Source: Asterias rubens (taxonomy: Eukaryota). Taken from it: DNA of 64,000 bases. How positions within the stretch are numbered: the first letter of the stretch is position 1; every line of letters starts with the position of its first letter. Of the stretch, positions 24,390 to 37,548 are shown piece by piece. The position numbers and the translations under genes were made by a program. The stretch spans positions 11,284,001 to 11,348,000 of the forward strand of contig NC_047070.1 of NCBI RefSeq assembly GCF_902459465.1, given 5' to 3'. A model generated the notes under the pieces. It worked only from the letters and a program-made list of their open reading frames with translations, had not been told where the DNA came from and searched no databases.

Positions 24390-24990
24390 GTGGTAAACGT
24401 TTAGTCCATTAGATGGGTAACGAAACATGAACCAACTGTTGATCAAATTATATTTACCCAATTACATGTAACATGGTGAACGTTTATGCCCAACAGATGG
24501 GTAATGAACAATGAACCAATTGTTGAGCAGTATGTTTAACCAATTACATGGTAAACGTTTATGCCCAACAGATGGGTAATGAACAATGAACCAAGTGTTG
24601 AGCAAATTATATTTACCCAATTATATAGTAAACGATTATTATGCCCAACAGATGGGTAATGAACAATGAACCAAGTGTTGAGCAAATTATATTTACCCAA
24701 TTATGTGGTAAACGTTTATGCCCAACATATGGGGAATGAACAATGAACCAAGTGTTGAGCAAATTATATTTACCAATTATATGGTAAACGATTATGCCCA
24801 ACAGATGGGTTACGAAAAAACAACATTTGTTGAGCAAATTATATTTACCCAATTATATGGTAAACGTTTAAACCCAACAGATGGGTAACGATAAAATGAA
24901 CCATTTGTTGAGCAAATTATATTTACCCAATTATATGGTTTACAGTTTTTGCCCAATAGATTGGTAATGACGTATTAACCAATTAATGGG
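24390..24990. repeat. Subterminal tandem array of EnSpm element C, about 77-bp unit, about 7 copies
   Basis: Repeated gtaaacgtttatgcccaacagatgggtaatgaacaatgaaccaagtgttgagcaaattatatttacccaattatat. Confidence 0.85.
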
Positions 24991-25128
24991 CAAAGAAAAA
25001 TACCCATTTTTTAGTAAAAAGGGTTTCCCAATACCGATGGGTACTAAATACCCAACTCACAAGCGGTTGATAATTCGACCATCTTTGGGTAAAAGTTGGG
25101 TAAATTTTACCCATTTTTTTTAAGAGTG
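24991..25128 (+). mobile_element. 3' end and TIR of CACTA/EnSpm element C
   Basis: TTGGGTAAA/TTTACCCA motifs, ending TTTTTTAAGAGTG (reverse complement CACTCTTAAAAAA) followed by TA. Confidence 0.75.
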
Positions 25129-25917
25129 TATCAAACACTGCAAGTTCTAAATCGGGGACTTAATTCTTACTCGGCCGTAAAAAGCGACATTACAATGTAT
25201 ATGGATTCCGAATTGGGACGTTCTTTGAACACGGGGCGGACGTCGAGTGGACGTGGGTCGTGGGGGTTGAGGGAGTTTTAGAACAACCCAGATATTACCA
25301 GCATTCTACACAAAGAGGGGGGAAACAAATGCAACCTTCGTTGATGTTTTTGTTTCAGTGGCAGTGGAGGATGATACTTTGTAAGGGACGTTTCGCCTGA
25401 AGTGCAACTTCAGTTTGAAGAGTTCGTGGGTGAAAAGCTGCAAGAAGACAGGGCACTGGAACAGGAACCCATCAATCAGCTAGAACTTGATCCAGAACAG
25501 ATAGGCCTAGGTGTTGATTCAGAACAGGAGGAACAAGAACCAGAACCAAAAGTTTTAGCGAATTTGACAGTGATGTTTGTGGGCTGAATCAGAAAAACGC
25601 ATGAAAGCTTACATTATAGTGACCACTCATGGAGGATCAGTTTGGAAGAAATATCTCCCTGGTGCCCTTGTTCCACTACCACAATACATAGTTGTAACGT
25701 CACAAACAGAATGTAAGCTTACCAGTTGAGACTAGTTCCCACACTGTTTTCCTCAGTTGTATACATGTGTACATGTGGTACACAAGTGACGATGTAAGAT
25801 GAACCTTGAATAGAGGTAATTATATAACACCCAAGCAGATCCTTGCCATTTGATTGGAGGATTGTCCGTCACGTGATAGCAAATAAAAGTACCATTGCAC
25901 GCTGAGTCACTCGCCGT

Positions 25918-26002
25918 GCTTTTTCGTTCCATCCGAAAAGTACCATTGCACGCTGGCACGCTGCCAGCGTGCAATGGTACTTTTCGGATGGAACGAAAAA
26001 GC
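25918..26002. repeat. Perfect palindrome with 41-bp arms and 3-nt loop
   Basis: GCTTTTTCGTTCCATCCGAAAAGTACCATTGCACGCTGGCA-cgc-TGCCAGCGTGCAATGGTACTTTTCGGATGGAACGAAAAAGC. Confidence 0.95.
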
Positions 26003-26173
26003 TGAGTAAAAACATCACTGCGTGCGCGTGTCTTTGGTAACGCAGCAGGTGTTACTGCAAGAAAGCATAGTAAAATTACTAGCATTCGGCTTCTACAGTT
26101 GAAATTGTTTGTTTTGGAAGTTGTTTCTTTCAATCAAAATGACAAAGTTCTACTTGGATGTTATATAAAACAA

Positions 26174-26329
26174 ATAATGAATGTTTTTCATTCGTGCAAT
26201 GGTGCGAATATGTTCATTCGTTGAAAGCTGGAATGTTCCATTCAACTCGGCTCCGCCTCGTTGAATAGAACATTCCATCTTTCAACTCATGAACATATTC
26301 GCACCATTGCACTCATAAACATTCATTAT
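26174..26329. mobile_element. Palindromic MITE, about 156 bp
   Basis: ataatgaatgttt...gtgcaatggtgcgaatatgttcat...ttcaactcgg-ctccgcctc-gttgaa...atgaacatattcgcaccattgcac...aaacattcattat folds back on itself. Confidence 0.75.
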
Positions 26330-29300
26330 GTGTATACTATATTGAATAAACATGAGTTATCCATTCAGAATAAAGTGTGCATTTAGATGTGAAAAGTGAA
26401 CAGTTTTTTTGGTGTTTTTTTTCTGTCTTTAAGGGATCGGACTTCACTGTCTGCACTATTGTGTAAAGCTGGGGAACTGCACCAATGCGCCACCGCCAAA
26501 GAGGAACGGAAACAAATAACAGATATGAAAGCTGTACATGATAAGCAAGTCAAGTAAGCGGAATATTTTACATAAAGGGGTACGAAGTTAAACAAAGTAT
26601 TTGACATGTAAAACAAAAAACCTGCACTGCATGTGAAGTCATTTGTACGCTTAATTTGTAACTTGTAATTTGTCAACCTGTTTAGTACCCTTAGTCTCTC
26701 GTCGGGTCAAAGGATCAACTAGTGTAAGAAACTGGTTATAAATCATACCGCGCATGTGCACAACTTTGACTTCAATCACCTCCCCTTGAGGACAGCGTGC
26801 ATTCGCACCAATTACTAGTTCTCTCATTCGTGTATCTTATTAATCGGTTATAATCATGTGATTCTCACAGTGTAATATTATGTGATGGAAATGTTTATTT
26901 ATTATTTGTTCTTTTATTGATAAGAGATAGTAGGAATCGATATCACCCACTTAACTTAGGTGGAAGAATTAATCTACTAGCAGCGGGTATTCAGTGCGTC
27001 AATGCTCTCGCTCTCTCTCTCTCTCTCATTGTCCCAATGAAGAAGGACCAAGCTCATTGAAGAAGGACCAAGCTCATTAAACTCGACAATTTATATAGAA
27101 TTGGTGATTCTTGGAACCTAGTGTGAGCCTCGTCAAGACTATTAAACGATTCATATAGTATCCGGAATTGGGCGAGTTTTGTTTGATTAAATAACGGTTG
27201 GGGTTTTATGTAGAATTTAACTGGATAATCTGGCGATGTCAGAATGTCACTCCTCTTTGGTTGTGTATGGGGATTATAACGTTACAGCTATCATCCACAT
27301 GAAGTGCTATGGACTCCCTGCTAGTACAAGTACAAAGAAGTTATGTTTGCACTTGCACTCGTTGTCATGGTTGTTATGGAAAGTATTACTTTTTACGTGA
27401 TAAGCTCTTACTGAGTAAATCGTGCAGTCTAGTGCATAGTGAATGGTAGTGTATACATGTACATGTACAGTAAAAGTATATTATTTACAGCACTGTGTAA
27501 TGTAATGTTCACTCTGTTTTCTAAATGTGTTTGTAGGGTGTTTGTTTCTACTTGTACACTTATGAGAATGGATAATTAAAAGAGATCTACCCATTGACAA
27601 TTGAGAATCAGGTGTCGAGGCAGCATCGTGTTGGTTGGTCTGACAATCCCTTACCCCTGAACCATTCAGAATCCCACAGGGCTTATTCCCCTGTACTGAC
27701 AGGCGTCAGCGCCCGTTTCACTACACTAGGATGCAATTGAAACATGTACCAATTGAAACATGTATATCTCCAAGTGTAGGCATAAACCTGTACATTAGTT
27801 TCATATATGACTACAATGGCCTGTGTGATAACGCCACAAGTCAACACATAAACCACATTTCCTGTTATGAGCCAAAAACAGTTAATTGGTTTTTACTTTG
27901 AAAATTTGGTTTATGGTTTGGTGGGCAAAAGGTTCCATGTATGGAGCATTTTCCAACTACAGCAAGCCTCACTGCTTCCGCTTCAAGACTGTCCTCTAGA
28001 GGAGAACAAAAAGATTGGGGGTGATGTACCAAATGTTGACCACCTGTAGGAGGTGTTTGGATTGTTACAACAACTGAATCAAAAGCTTTTGCCCTGCAAG
28101 TTTGGGTCAACTGGCTAAAACAATTAAGAAACAACAACTGAAATTAGGCCTTCAAAAGCATGCTACATGTAACTGTGTCCAGCTTGACAAAGCCACAGTC
28201 CTTTATAAAAGTTTCCACATTGGAAAACACAACACTGGTTCCCTAGGCTGCTCAGACTTCTTAAACCACATCAAGTAATGCTAACCATTGAACAGCACAA
28301 GTACAATACCAAGATTTTGCACCTGAAACCTGAGGTTGTCTGATAGAGGACTAGTGGGTGTTAAGCATTTGTCGCAAGACCAAAGATATTTTAACAATTG
28401 AAGTGTCTTGGCAGGATTAAAAAAACACTTATTCCTTTAATTAAAAAATATGTTCCCAAGGATCCACAATCATATCAGACTGCTGGAAGGCATATAATTG
28501 CCTCAGTCAAAAAAGTTTAGACTTCATTTTAATTGTATGACAAAAAGGGCATCCTAAAATCTTGATTTGGCTTTCATTTGACTTGTTGAAATGTTTCTGA
28601 TCATGATTAGGCAAAATCAGGTTGAAAGGCACATTATTCTAAGACTTTGCACTTGAAATTTGAGTTTGTGTGTATCCTAATGAAAAATTGTTTTCCTGCG
28701 AGCCATTTTTTTTTGTACAAGGAGTTCAGACCCAATTTCATCTGGCCCCAAAGTTTCCCTTAATTTTAGTGATAATTGCTTTTGCACCTGTACCTGCTTA
28801 AAATCTTAAATGATTCTGCAAATTAACAGACAATGGTGTCCTTATCTTTGGTGACACACTCATTCAGCTACATCTAGCCAAACTAGCATGTCATTTATAG
28901 ATACTTCACTAGACTAACATTCAAATGATCCAGCAAACAATTTCTATGCATGTATTTGGGCATTCTCATTCAGCTACACCTGGCCAACACTAGTATACCA
29001 CTACATTGCACGGAACACAGTGGTGTCCACAAATTGTTGATGGTACCCCCTGCCTCAATACCGGCATGTCTAAATAGCCCCGCTCAAGGCAGTCCATTAT
29101 TCCCCACAAAGACACCGTTGTAAATCCACCTGTATACACTGCTGTTTATCGTGTGTGTAATCACACCGCACGACCTACCAGATATACTGTGACAAACTCA
29201 ACGCCAGCCGTTTGACTACTGTGCACACGTTATCTGCACTCGTACCACAGTCTGCATTTGGAGGTCATAAGGCTGACCACGTTGTCAGGTCTGTAACTTC

Positions 29301-31465
29301 CTGGCTTAATGTGTATCATGAAAAAAGTGGGGTGGGGGGGGGGGCGCGCTCTGGGATCGGATCGGATATGCTAGTAAGCAGCTCATGAATATTGATATCT
29401 TTCATCAGACCTATCAGACAAGACAGGATGTGAAGCAAATGAATTATTCATTTTGACGGCCAGTCACGCACTTCCCTTATAACAACTTTTGTACCCTATC
29501 ACGCATGCTGTGTATGAAGATGCGATGAAAACAAGACATCCGCCACTGACCAATGGGGTCTCTGTCTTATGGTAACAAGTTGACTTTGGGAACTCTTCTT
29601 TTGTGCGAGTTATAGTAATGAGTCATTTGCTTGAACACAGACTCTACAAGTGACGGCCTCCGCATGCGAACAGGGGCGTCGTGCCGTGCGAAGTGATTAC
29701 ACACATTACGCAAGGCTAATGTCTGAGTTGATGGCTGTGGCCATGTTGTGGCTAAGAAATTTCTCAAACCAGTGTTTGTATTATGAGAGAGAGTGGCTGG
29801 TGCCAGCTTGGTGTTTATATCCCTTTGTGGGAGTTTGCCGAATTCCCATGATGGGAAGATCATTCAAAAAAAAAAACCAAACAAACAAACAACAAACACA
29901 ATGATTAAGCCACAGCCACTGATTCAGACCATCCCCTGCTATCTCAGGATGTGTTGTGTATACAGACTACACATCCTTATGACTAGAGTGGCTGTAATAA
30001 GCATGGCAGTCTTAATCAGCTACATCTAGCTGAATTAGAACTACCACTGCAGTACAGCATTATTGGTGCAGGTATAAAGGGTCTTAAATGGAATTCGGTA
30101 TCTTACTTTTGGTAAACTCAATTGCCTACATCTAGCCAAAATAGATTACCAGGGATGTGTCCCTTTTGCATTATTGAACATTCTCTTTCATTCCTGATAT
30201 TTTAAATTGCTTGCTGAGTTGGTTACCTCTTTAAAAGGAGGACGGAAGAGAAGGAGTTCAAACGAGCTTCATATCAAAGACACAGACTTTCTTGTAAAGC
30301 AGCTGTGGGTAACAAAGCGCGAAATTCCGCGAAGGGCCTAAGCCAGACACAAGTCGCGTTGCATTGTGGGAAGATTAGGAAACCATCACTGACACGAACC
30401 CTTAATATTGTGCCTTCGGAAAAGGTCAGAAATCCCATAAAAACTACCCACGTATCGAATGTAAACCCTTATTTCTCATGATATTTCCTTCCCTCCTTAG
30501 AGACAATTGCCAGTTTTTTTAACAAGGAAAAAATCAGATTGCGACGATCAAACTATAAAAGAAATTCAGTTCGTTTTATAGAATTACATGGAAATCATGG
30601 CTCACGTAAACACCCTGCACACAGCTACTGTGCATGCATATTCATGTCTGTTTTTGTGTTTGAATTGATTCTTCCAGTGTAATATCAGAACTCGCTTCTC
30701 AATGTGTGAGAGTAGTGCGCCAAGAAACCCTGTAATCAAAGACGACTTTGTGAATACCCTAGTTGGCCGTTCAAACTCCTTCTCTTCCTTCCTCCATGTT
30801 CTGTTCAAAGCCAAGGTTACATTATATAAAGGAATTAGCCTGCTTTCTCTGTGTACATGTAGCTAATATATTAAACCATTTTGACCAACCCAAAATGGCA
30901 TTCTCAGTTGGGTAGGAGCCAAATTAGAACTCCCACTATATTCTCAATGACAGGTACAGGTGCCTATAACAGTAAGTGGGATTCAGTGTCCATCAAAGAG
31001 TTATGGCACACTCAGTTGGCCACATCTAGCCAAAGTAGCATACCACTCACATACTTAGACAGGCATAATATTTGGCTCTTTGAGAGTTAAGTGGGAAGAA
31101 TATTAAGCCTGAATAAATAGAGTGTCTGTAGATATTTCAGGACACGAATCAATACTTTTTTTTATTGATTAGTCAAATGATAACGGCAAACAGTTTCCTG
31201 CATTTAATGTAAGCAGACAAAAACAGAAAACTGATGAGCGAGCCATGAAAAACATGGCACACTAATACACTGTTACTCTATGTACACACTATACACCAAA
31301 CACTTGGGGGATTTATTGCTGCATTATTGGGGCATGGATTGGGAGGGGGGGGGGAGAGGGTGGTGGAAAGAGGATGGCAAGTAAAAACAATATGTTACTC
31401 ATGGCATTCCCATTGCTTTACTAAGTACATGCTTGACTCAAAAAGAGGAGAAACACAAGACCTTA

Positions 31466-34400
31466 GGGGCCTTGTCGAAATTCCCCAGGCGTTCTTTCTG
31501 CAGTTAGTCTGCAGGATATTGCAGACTTTTTAATCCCCTCCTAACAAAAGAGCCCCCTAGTAACGTCCTGGAGTTTTGCTGGAGAGCTTCATTACCATAT
31601 GAATCAACATGAGTCCTTTGTTATGCAACTGTGCCTCTGTGGCTGGCCGCACAGAGTCTGCAGTCGGAACGGTGTATTTTAATGAGGGGCCCTCTGACGT
31701 AAACAATGGTCTTGGTTGAACTTTCGTGTTGATAAACATACTTGCTATGCAGGCCTACCCTGCAACCATGTGGCCGACATGCAAAAGTGTCAGAACATTT
31801 TGTTGAGCCTTGTTAAAACCATGTGTTTATGCTGTTGCTGTTGTTTTTGTTGTTGTTTATGAACTGTCGTTGATAATGGTGTTATTATTGTGTTAGTTTT
31901 TTCGTGGGAACATGACTTTGGGCTACCTGTACTGTCAATTTTAAATTGGCTTACGGGATTAAAAAGCTGCCGACCCGAAACATTTTTGTTTCGCTTCTTT
32001 ATAAGTTAAACAATGTTGCATTTTAGATTCTGCCTTCTGATCTTGAAACAGCAAGCATTATTAATTTATTATTTTTAGTTGCTCCCATCCGCCAAAAATA
32101 CTATATTTTTGGGGTTTGTTTAATTTTTTTCGTTCTTTGTCTTTTTATTTTACTAATGATATTTGTCTGCTGAGCTTGCACATTTAACAAAATCACTATG
32201 GAAAAGGGTTAATTTCGGTTATTCGTTTCCGCATTTACGTGAATAAGTGTAACAACGGACAATGCTGCATACAAGTAATATTATGAATGTTATTTTTTGG
32301 AGGGGCAGATGTTTTTTCCTGTCGTTTTTTTTATGACACTCAGGATAGTATGGTTATTTCAATAGTGAATTTTGTTCATTTTACAGTTAAGTTGTTAAAA
32401 CAAGAAATAAATAAAAACACGGTAATGAGGAGTCTCAGTCAATGATTCTGGTCAATAATGTGGCAGAGCGGCGTACAAAGCAAAAATGTTGAAACGTTGT
32501 TATACTTTGTATCAAGTTACAACAAAGTGTAACAATTTTGTATGATAAGAACCCAAGTATTTACAATTGCGGCACATCTAAGGGAATTGTGGCGCCGCCG
32601 ACTTTGGACATGGAGTGGCTGGCTTGTGGTTGAATTCTGGGTTTACTTTTAGATGGTCTTGATAGATCGTTCGGGGGGACCGAACCCAAAACAGGCTTAA
32701 TCCCGGTAAAACTTAACCCTGCCCAAGAAAATCTTGGTGTTAAAAAAACGAATCACCAAATTCCCCGGACTTAATTCCTAATAAATTTGTGAACGCTCGC
32801 CTGGTTTGTGAGTTTTTATGACAGTGGCTGGATAGACTTTCACAACAAAAACATTAATGTCTTCATCATAGTATTTTGACTATTTATAGGTGGCGCAAAA
32901 CTCCCCACAAAAATACTCAAAAAACATCAAAACTAAATCACAGTAACATATCCTTAACTTGCTGTTCATCCAAGCCAGGGTTTACTTAATTCTGTCATTA
33001 AAAAAAGACAGAAAATGTCAAGTTGCGCCGTCGTTGACGGCATCGTTGCCGCTTCCCGCTTGCCATTATTACCCATGAGAATGCGACTGGGCTGCCCTCC
33101 CCGCCCGTTGCATAACTCGACCGTTCGGACAACTCGACGGACGGTTTTTTAAACCGTCAGCAACAATCTTTTGGGCAGAATTAATAAATGTGTATTCAGT
33201 TATATAAAGTATCAGTAAATCGTCTAATAGGGATATCCACAGGTCAAGCCATAATTTATTAGTTTTTTTTTACCGAAACGGAGGTCGACCGTTCAACCGT
33301 CGACTTATCTCTGGCCATCCATCGCATTGTCTAAAAGTTGAGTTGTCTGAACCGTCGCGTTGTCTGTACGTTCGAGCTGTCTAAACCGACGAGTTATCTC
33401 AAAGTCGAGTCGTCTAAACTGACGAGTTGTCCGAATTGTCGAGTTGTCTTACTACCGACAACACGTGCGTTATCCTGTATGATTAACTCACGTGGTCGAC
33501 TGTTGTGGGAAACTTTTTCGATCGGCGTTTTGATTATGTCAAAAAATGGGAACTAGAAGTGGCCGATCCTTTCTTCGTTATTCTCTTTCTGTGTTATGAG
33601 AGTAGATTTAACTGTCATAAGGAATATAGATGATGTCAACTTAATCGTAAAACTTAAAGAATTTCGGCGGCGACGGCAAATGAGGAGATCAATTTGTATA
33701 CGTGCAACTCCATCATCAAAGTCAACATAAACGGCCCCGCTCCCGCTGCTCTCTCGGCACTTACGATTTTTTGATGATCTATTTTTCATCACGATCTCTG
33801 AAAAAACATCTCCGAGTTATAAAAATGTGTAGTGTGAACACATCTTGCGCTGCTCCGTGTTAGTGTGGAACTGGATTAAATTTTCAGTCTCTGGGTTAAA
33901 CAATTTTTTTTAGTGTGAAAGGAATCTCCAGGTCAGTTTTAATCCGTGTAGTTGGTGAACAGGACTGCCTGGTGTCTGAAGTTGATATTTTCTAAGTTTG
34001 TATTTATTTTAAACACATTAATTAATTAATGTAAAATCATAATTCATACTGTGTGCAACCGATCAAAATATCAAGGGTTATTTACCAAAATAATTATTTT
34101 TTTACTTAATTTAAACTGTCTAATCATGGTAATTTACCTGCTTCTTAGTAATTGTATTGTATGTTTGCATAACGCTGTTACCATTTGTGTTTTTATGTTT
34201 GTAAATATGGCTGAATTAATAACAATAACATTACAACTTATAAATTAGGACACAAGTTGTAAATGATATTTGAAGAGAAAAAAAACTAAACAAAATATAT
34301 ATATATATAAACGAAAGACAGTGCCATTAACTATTTCCACTGGGCAAAACGTGTGTATGAAAAAACAAATTCTGGTGGTTTTAATAAAGGAGAGAACAAC

Positions 34401-35568
34401 ATTTTTTTTGAAACCGACTTGATATTTAAAAAGAAACAACATGAACCAGTTATTGGACCTAGACGAACGACGTTGATATTTGCTTAGCTAGCTACATGTA
34501 TGCTATTTTAGAGATGAAACTATTCTCCAACTTTCGAGGTAAACGCATCATTTTATAAACTGCAGTTTATTAAAATACAAAAGAGATGCAAACACTGATT
34601 TCCGGGGTGAAAAAGTAGCACATCAGTAAATGTGTGCCGCTGCATGCCCCCACACACGTGAAAGTCATGAAGCCTTATAAAATCTGCGGGAAAGCACCTG
34701 TATAAATGCATGCGTTAAGGTTGCCTACACTGACGTCATTATAGGCAAATCTTGAGTGCGACGGTTTATGTGATAGTAGAGATGAGATTGGTACCTAAAT
34801 AATATGAACGAAAACACGTGTGAATTCGCCGCTATCATACCACGCGTGCGTGAAGTTCATGCTGCCTGCTGATGATGATAACGATCCCGTAATTTCTTGA
34901 ATGCTTTTTCGACGCTGCATGTTATGAGAGCGAGATGGTAAGCTAGCGCGTCACGACAACGTTTTGGATTGAAAAAAAAAAAAAAATAGATTACAGAAAA
35001 ACACAACAAAAGTTTTTTTTTTAAGTTTTTAAAAGCAAAGAAAAAAAATGCATGATCAAAAGTGTGTCGGAATTTGGTTATAACTTGTCGACCCGACACG
35101 CTATTTAATGCCTGGCTAGAACCCTAGGTGGAAGGGGAAACTTAATCATTGTCCTAGTAGGAGTAGTAGTACATCCATCTCTGTGTAATTGCCGGCATTT
35201 CTGAAAAGTTGATTGACATCCCTTGATCCTTTACCGTGTTTTAAAAGGAAATGTATCAACTGCACCATTGCACAAAGGTTCTAAAGGAAAGATCAACAGA
35301 TTCAGAGCAACTGAAGATTACTTTTTGTTGAATAGTTATCCGGACGGTCTGCAGACTGGTCACAGATATTCAGTGCCTCATGTTTATTCATTAGCCTATT
35401 GACACTCCAACAATAGTGCCAACCCAGTGCACCTTATTAACTGTGCTGCGCTTGGCCGCACATGACCGTTCTGTCTGCAGACTGTCTGCACTCCTTGGCA
35501 ACACAGACTTGCCGGAATGGCTGCATACTTTCTGCAGAGGAACGGCTGGGGAATTTCGACAAGGCCCC
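31466..35568. mobile_element. PIF/Harbinger-type non-autonomous DNA transposon, 4.1 kb
   Basis: 22-bp TIR GGGGCCTTGTCGAAATTCCCCA / TGGGGAATTTCGACAAGGCCCC, flanked on both sides by TTA (31463-65 and 35569-71); (GT)CTGCAG(AC) subterminal motifs at both ends. A 3-bp TWA TSD is typical of PIF/Harbinger. Confidence 0.65.
33112..33455. repeat. Array of about 16-17-bp GTCGAGTTGTCT motifs with inverted partner copies (likely MITE subterminal repeats)
   Basis: About 8 degenerate copies at 33330-33450; inverted (a/g)caactcgac copies at 33112-33140. Confidence 0.55.
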
Positions 35569-36032
35569 TTAGTGTTCTCTTCAGACGCTCCATTCGAAAA
35601 GTCAAAGAAAATCATCACCCCTGACCACAGCAGTAAATAACTCTTTGGAAGCTTGGTTCAAAACAAAGACTCTAATCCTCTTTATTATCACCAAATCACA
35701 AGAATTTAATTCAATATCACCAAATCACAAGAATTTAATAAGAACTTTATTAGTGATTCGCAAACACTTAAAAAACTCAATTTGTGAAAAATAATTTGTA
35801 GAAAATAGTAATGTAACGGCTGAAACTGCAAAGTTGTGTCCTAAGGTCGGGAAATTCTTGCAACATATCGCCTAATGACTGCGCTGACGTTGCCGTCTTC
35901 TTGCCAATGTGTTTTTTTCATGTAGTGTTGGCTGCAAATAAATATAATATATATATAAATATAATTGCGCCCGCCCGCAAAAGTAGGTTAAACTTTATTT
36001 GTATTTGTTTAGATTCCTGACCAAACGTATCC

Positions 36033-36300
36033 TTAAAGCCATTGGACACTTTCGGTAAGTCCTATAAGGCCCACACTTCAGGTATCACAACTTATACATC
36101 AAATAGCAAACCTGTGAAAATTTAGGCTCAATCGGTCATCGGAGTCGGGAGAAAATGACGGGAAAACCCACCCTTGTTTCCGCACGTTTTGCCGCGTCAT
36201 GACATGTGTTTAAAATAAATCCGTAATTCTCGATGTCGAGAATTGATAATTGTTTTAGTGTTTCTCAAAAAGTAAAACATTTCATGGAATAATATTTCAC
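36033..36300. mobile_element. Truncated TTAA-type MITE related to the 58186 and 61700 copies
   Basis: Starts ttaaagccattggacactttcggt and shares aaacctgtgaaaattt..gctcaatcggtc.tcg with the 58186 element. Confidence 0.55.
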
Positions 36301-36444
36301 TATTACCTTCTGTAAATTGCCTGTCAATCAACTATTGTCAAAAATTGCTTGCATTATTTTACCACCCTGTTAAAACGTGGTTGTCACAGACCATCATTTA
36401 CCATATTTTTGAAGAATCAACTGAATCAAGTAACAAACTAAATC

Positions 36445-37548
36445 ATGTCTCCTGCAACTGTGAGGATTGAATGGCTTGTGCCCAATTGGTCTGGAGTTAC
36501 GGAAGTTGTTTCTGTAAACCGGGTGAAAACTAGAGAACCTCTGGTTGTTGGAATGAAAGTCCGGGTCTCCTACAAGTCGGGTATTTTTAATGCTCAGATC
36601 ATTGATATTGAACAGGGTAAGTGTAACATAATTTTCAATTTGGTCAATCTTGCATGTAGGCCTAAATATTGCAGATGAAAGAAACATAATATGTACCAAA
36701 CCGGTTCTTATCAGAACCCATCTTTCCTTTCGTTATCGTTCGCAATGGTAACGGCAAAAACAACGAGAACTAAATATATTTTACTGAGTAACACAACCGA
36801 CGAAACTGTAACCCGTAATAAAGCAAGGAAAAAAAAAAAAAAAAAAAGAAACCGACCCGATGGGATATGCGTTTTGCTTTTACAAACGAAGATAGCTTTA
36901 TTTACGGGGGTACGTTTTATTTACGGGGGTACGTTGTTGCTTTTAATTTGTTTTAAAATTTCCATAAATTTGTTTAGTAATCAAGGTTTCTGTTCTCTCT
37001 CTCATCAGGTCTTAAAAGGAGTGTGCCTATCGACAGTGACAGCGATGAGGATATTCCTTTGAATGTCCTCAGCAAGCGGATTGCAGCCACCAACCCAACC
37101 GAGCTCCATCTAGCACAGGAAGGCCAGGGGCCAACTGTGAGCACCCCCTAACCCATGCTGCCCCGGAACCGACCCAACTCGCACCGGAACCGACCCAACT
37201 CGCCCCGGAACCGACCCAACTCCCCCGGCCCAGGAAGGTCAAGAACCAGTCGAGCTATCCCCACCCCATACTGGCACGGAGATCGAGTTGCCCCCAGCCG
37301 AGGAAGGTTTGGACACAATCGTGTTCCCCCCAGCCAAGGAAGGTTTGGACACGCAACCGATCGAGCTCCCCCCGTATCAGGAAGGCCTGGAGCCAATCCA
37401 GCTCCCCCAAACCCATGCTGCCCCGAAAGCAACCGGGATCCACCCAGCCCAGGAAGGCCTGGATGACAGAGAGGCCCCACAATCCCAAGTGCCACCAGCA
37501 ACCCTCCAGTTAATTTTGGCTGAACTTAAAAATCCCCTTTCCTTGTAA
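36445..37548 (+). pseudogene. Two-exon gene fragment: beta-barrel (Tudor/SH3-like) N-terminus plus Pro/Glu-rich repeats, frameshifted
   Basis: Exon 1 from 36445 to about 36617 (MSPATVRIEWLV...GMKVRVSYKSGIFNAQIIDIEQ, donor gtaagt). Exon 2 from 37009 (GLKRSVPIDSDSDEDIPL...) has APEPTQL and PPAQEGL repeats with two apparent 1-bp frameshifts near 37140 and 37225. Confidence 0.45.

Noticed and set aside
25350-25587. Acidic ORF fragment after element C
   Set aside because: It is short and low-complexity, with no motif or partner exon.
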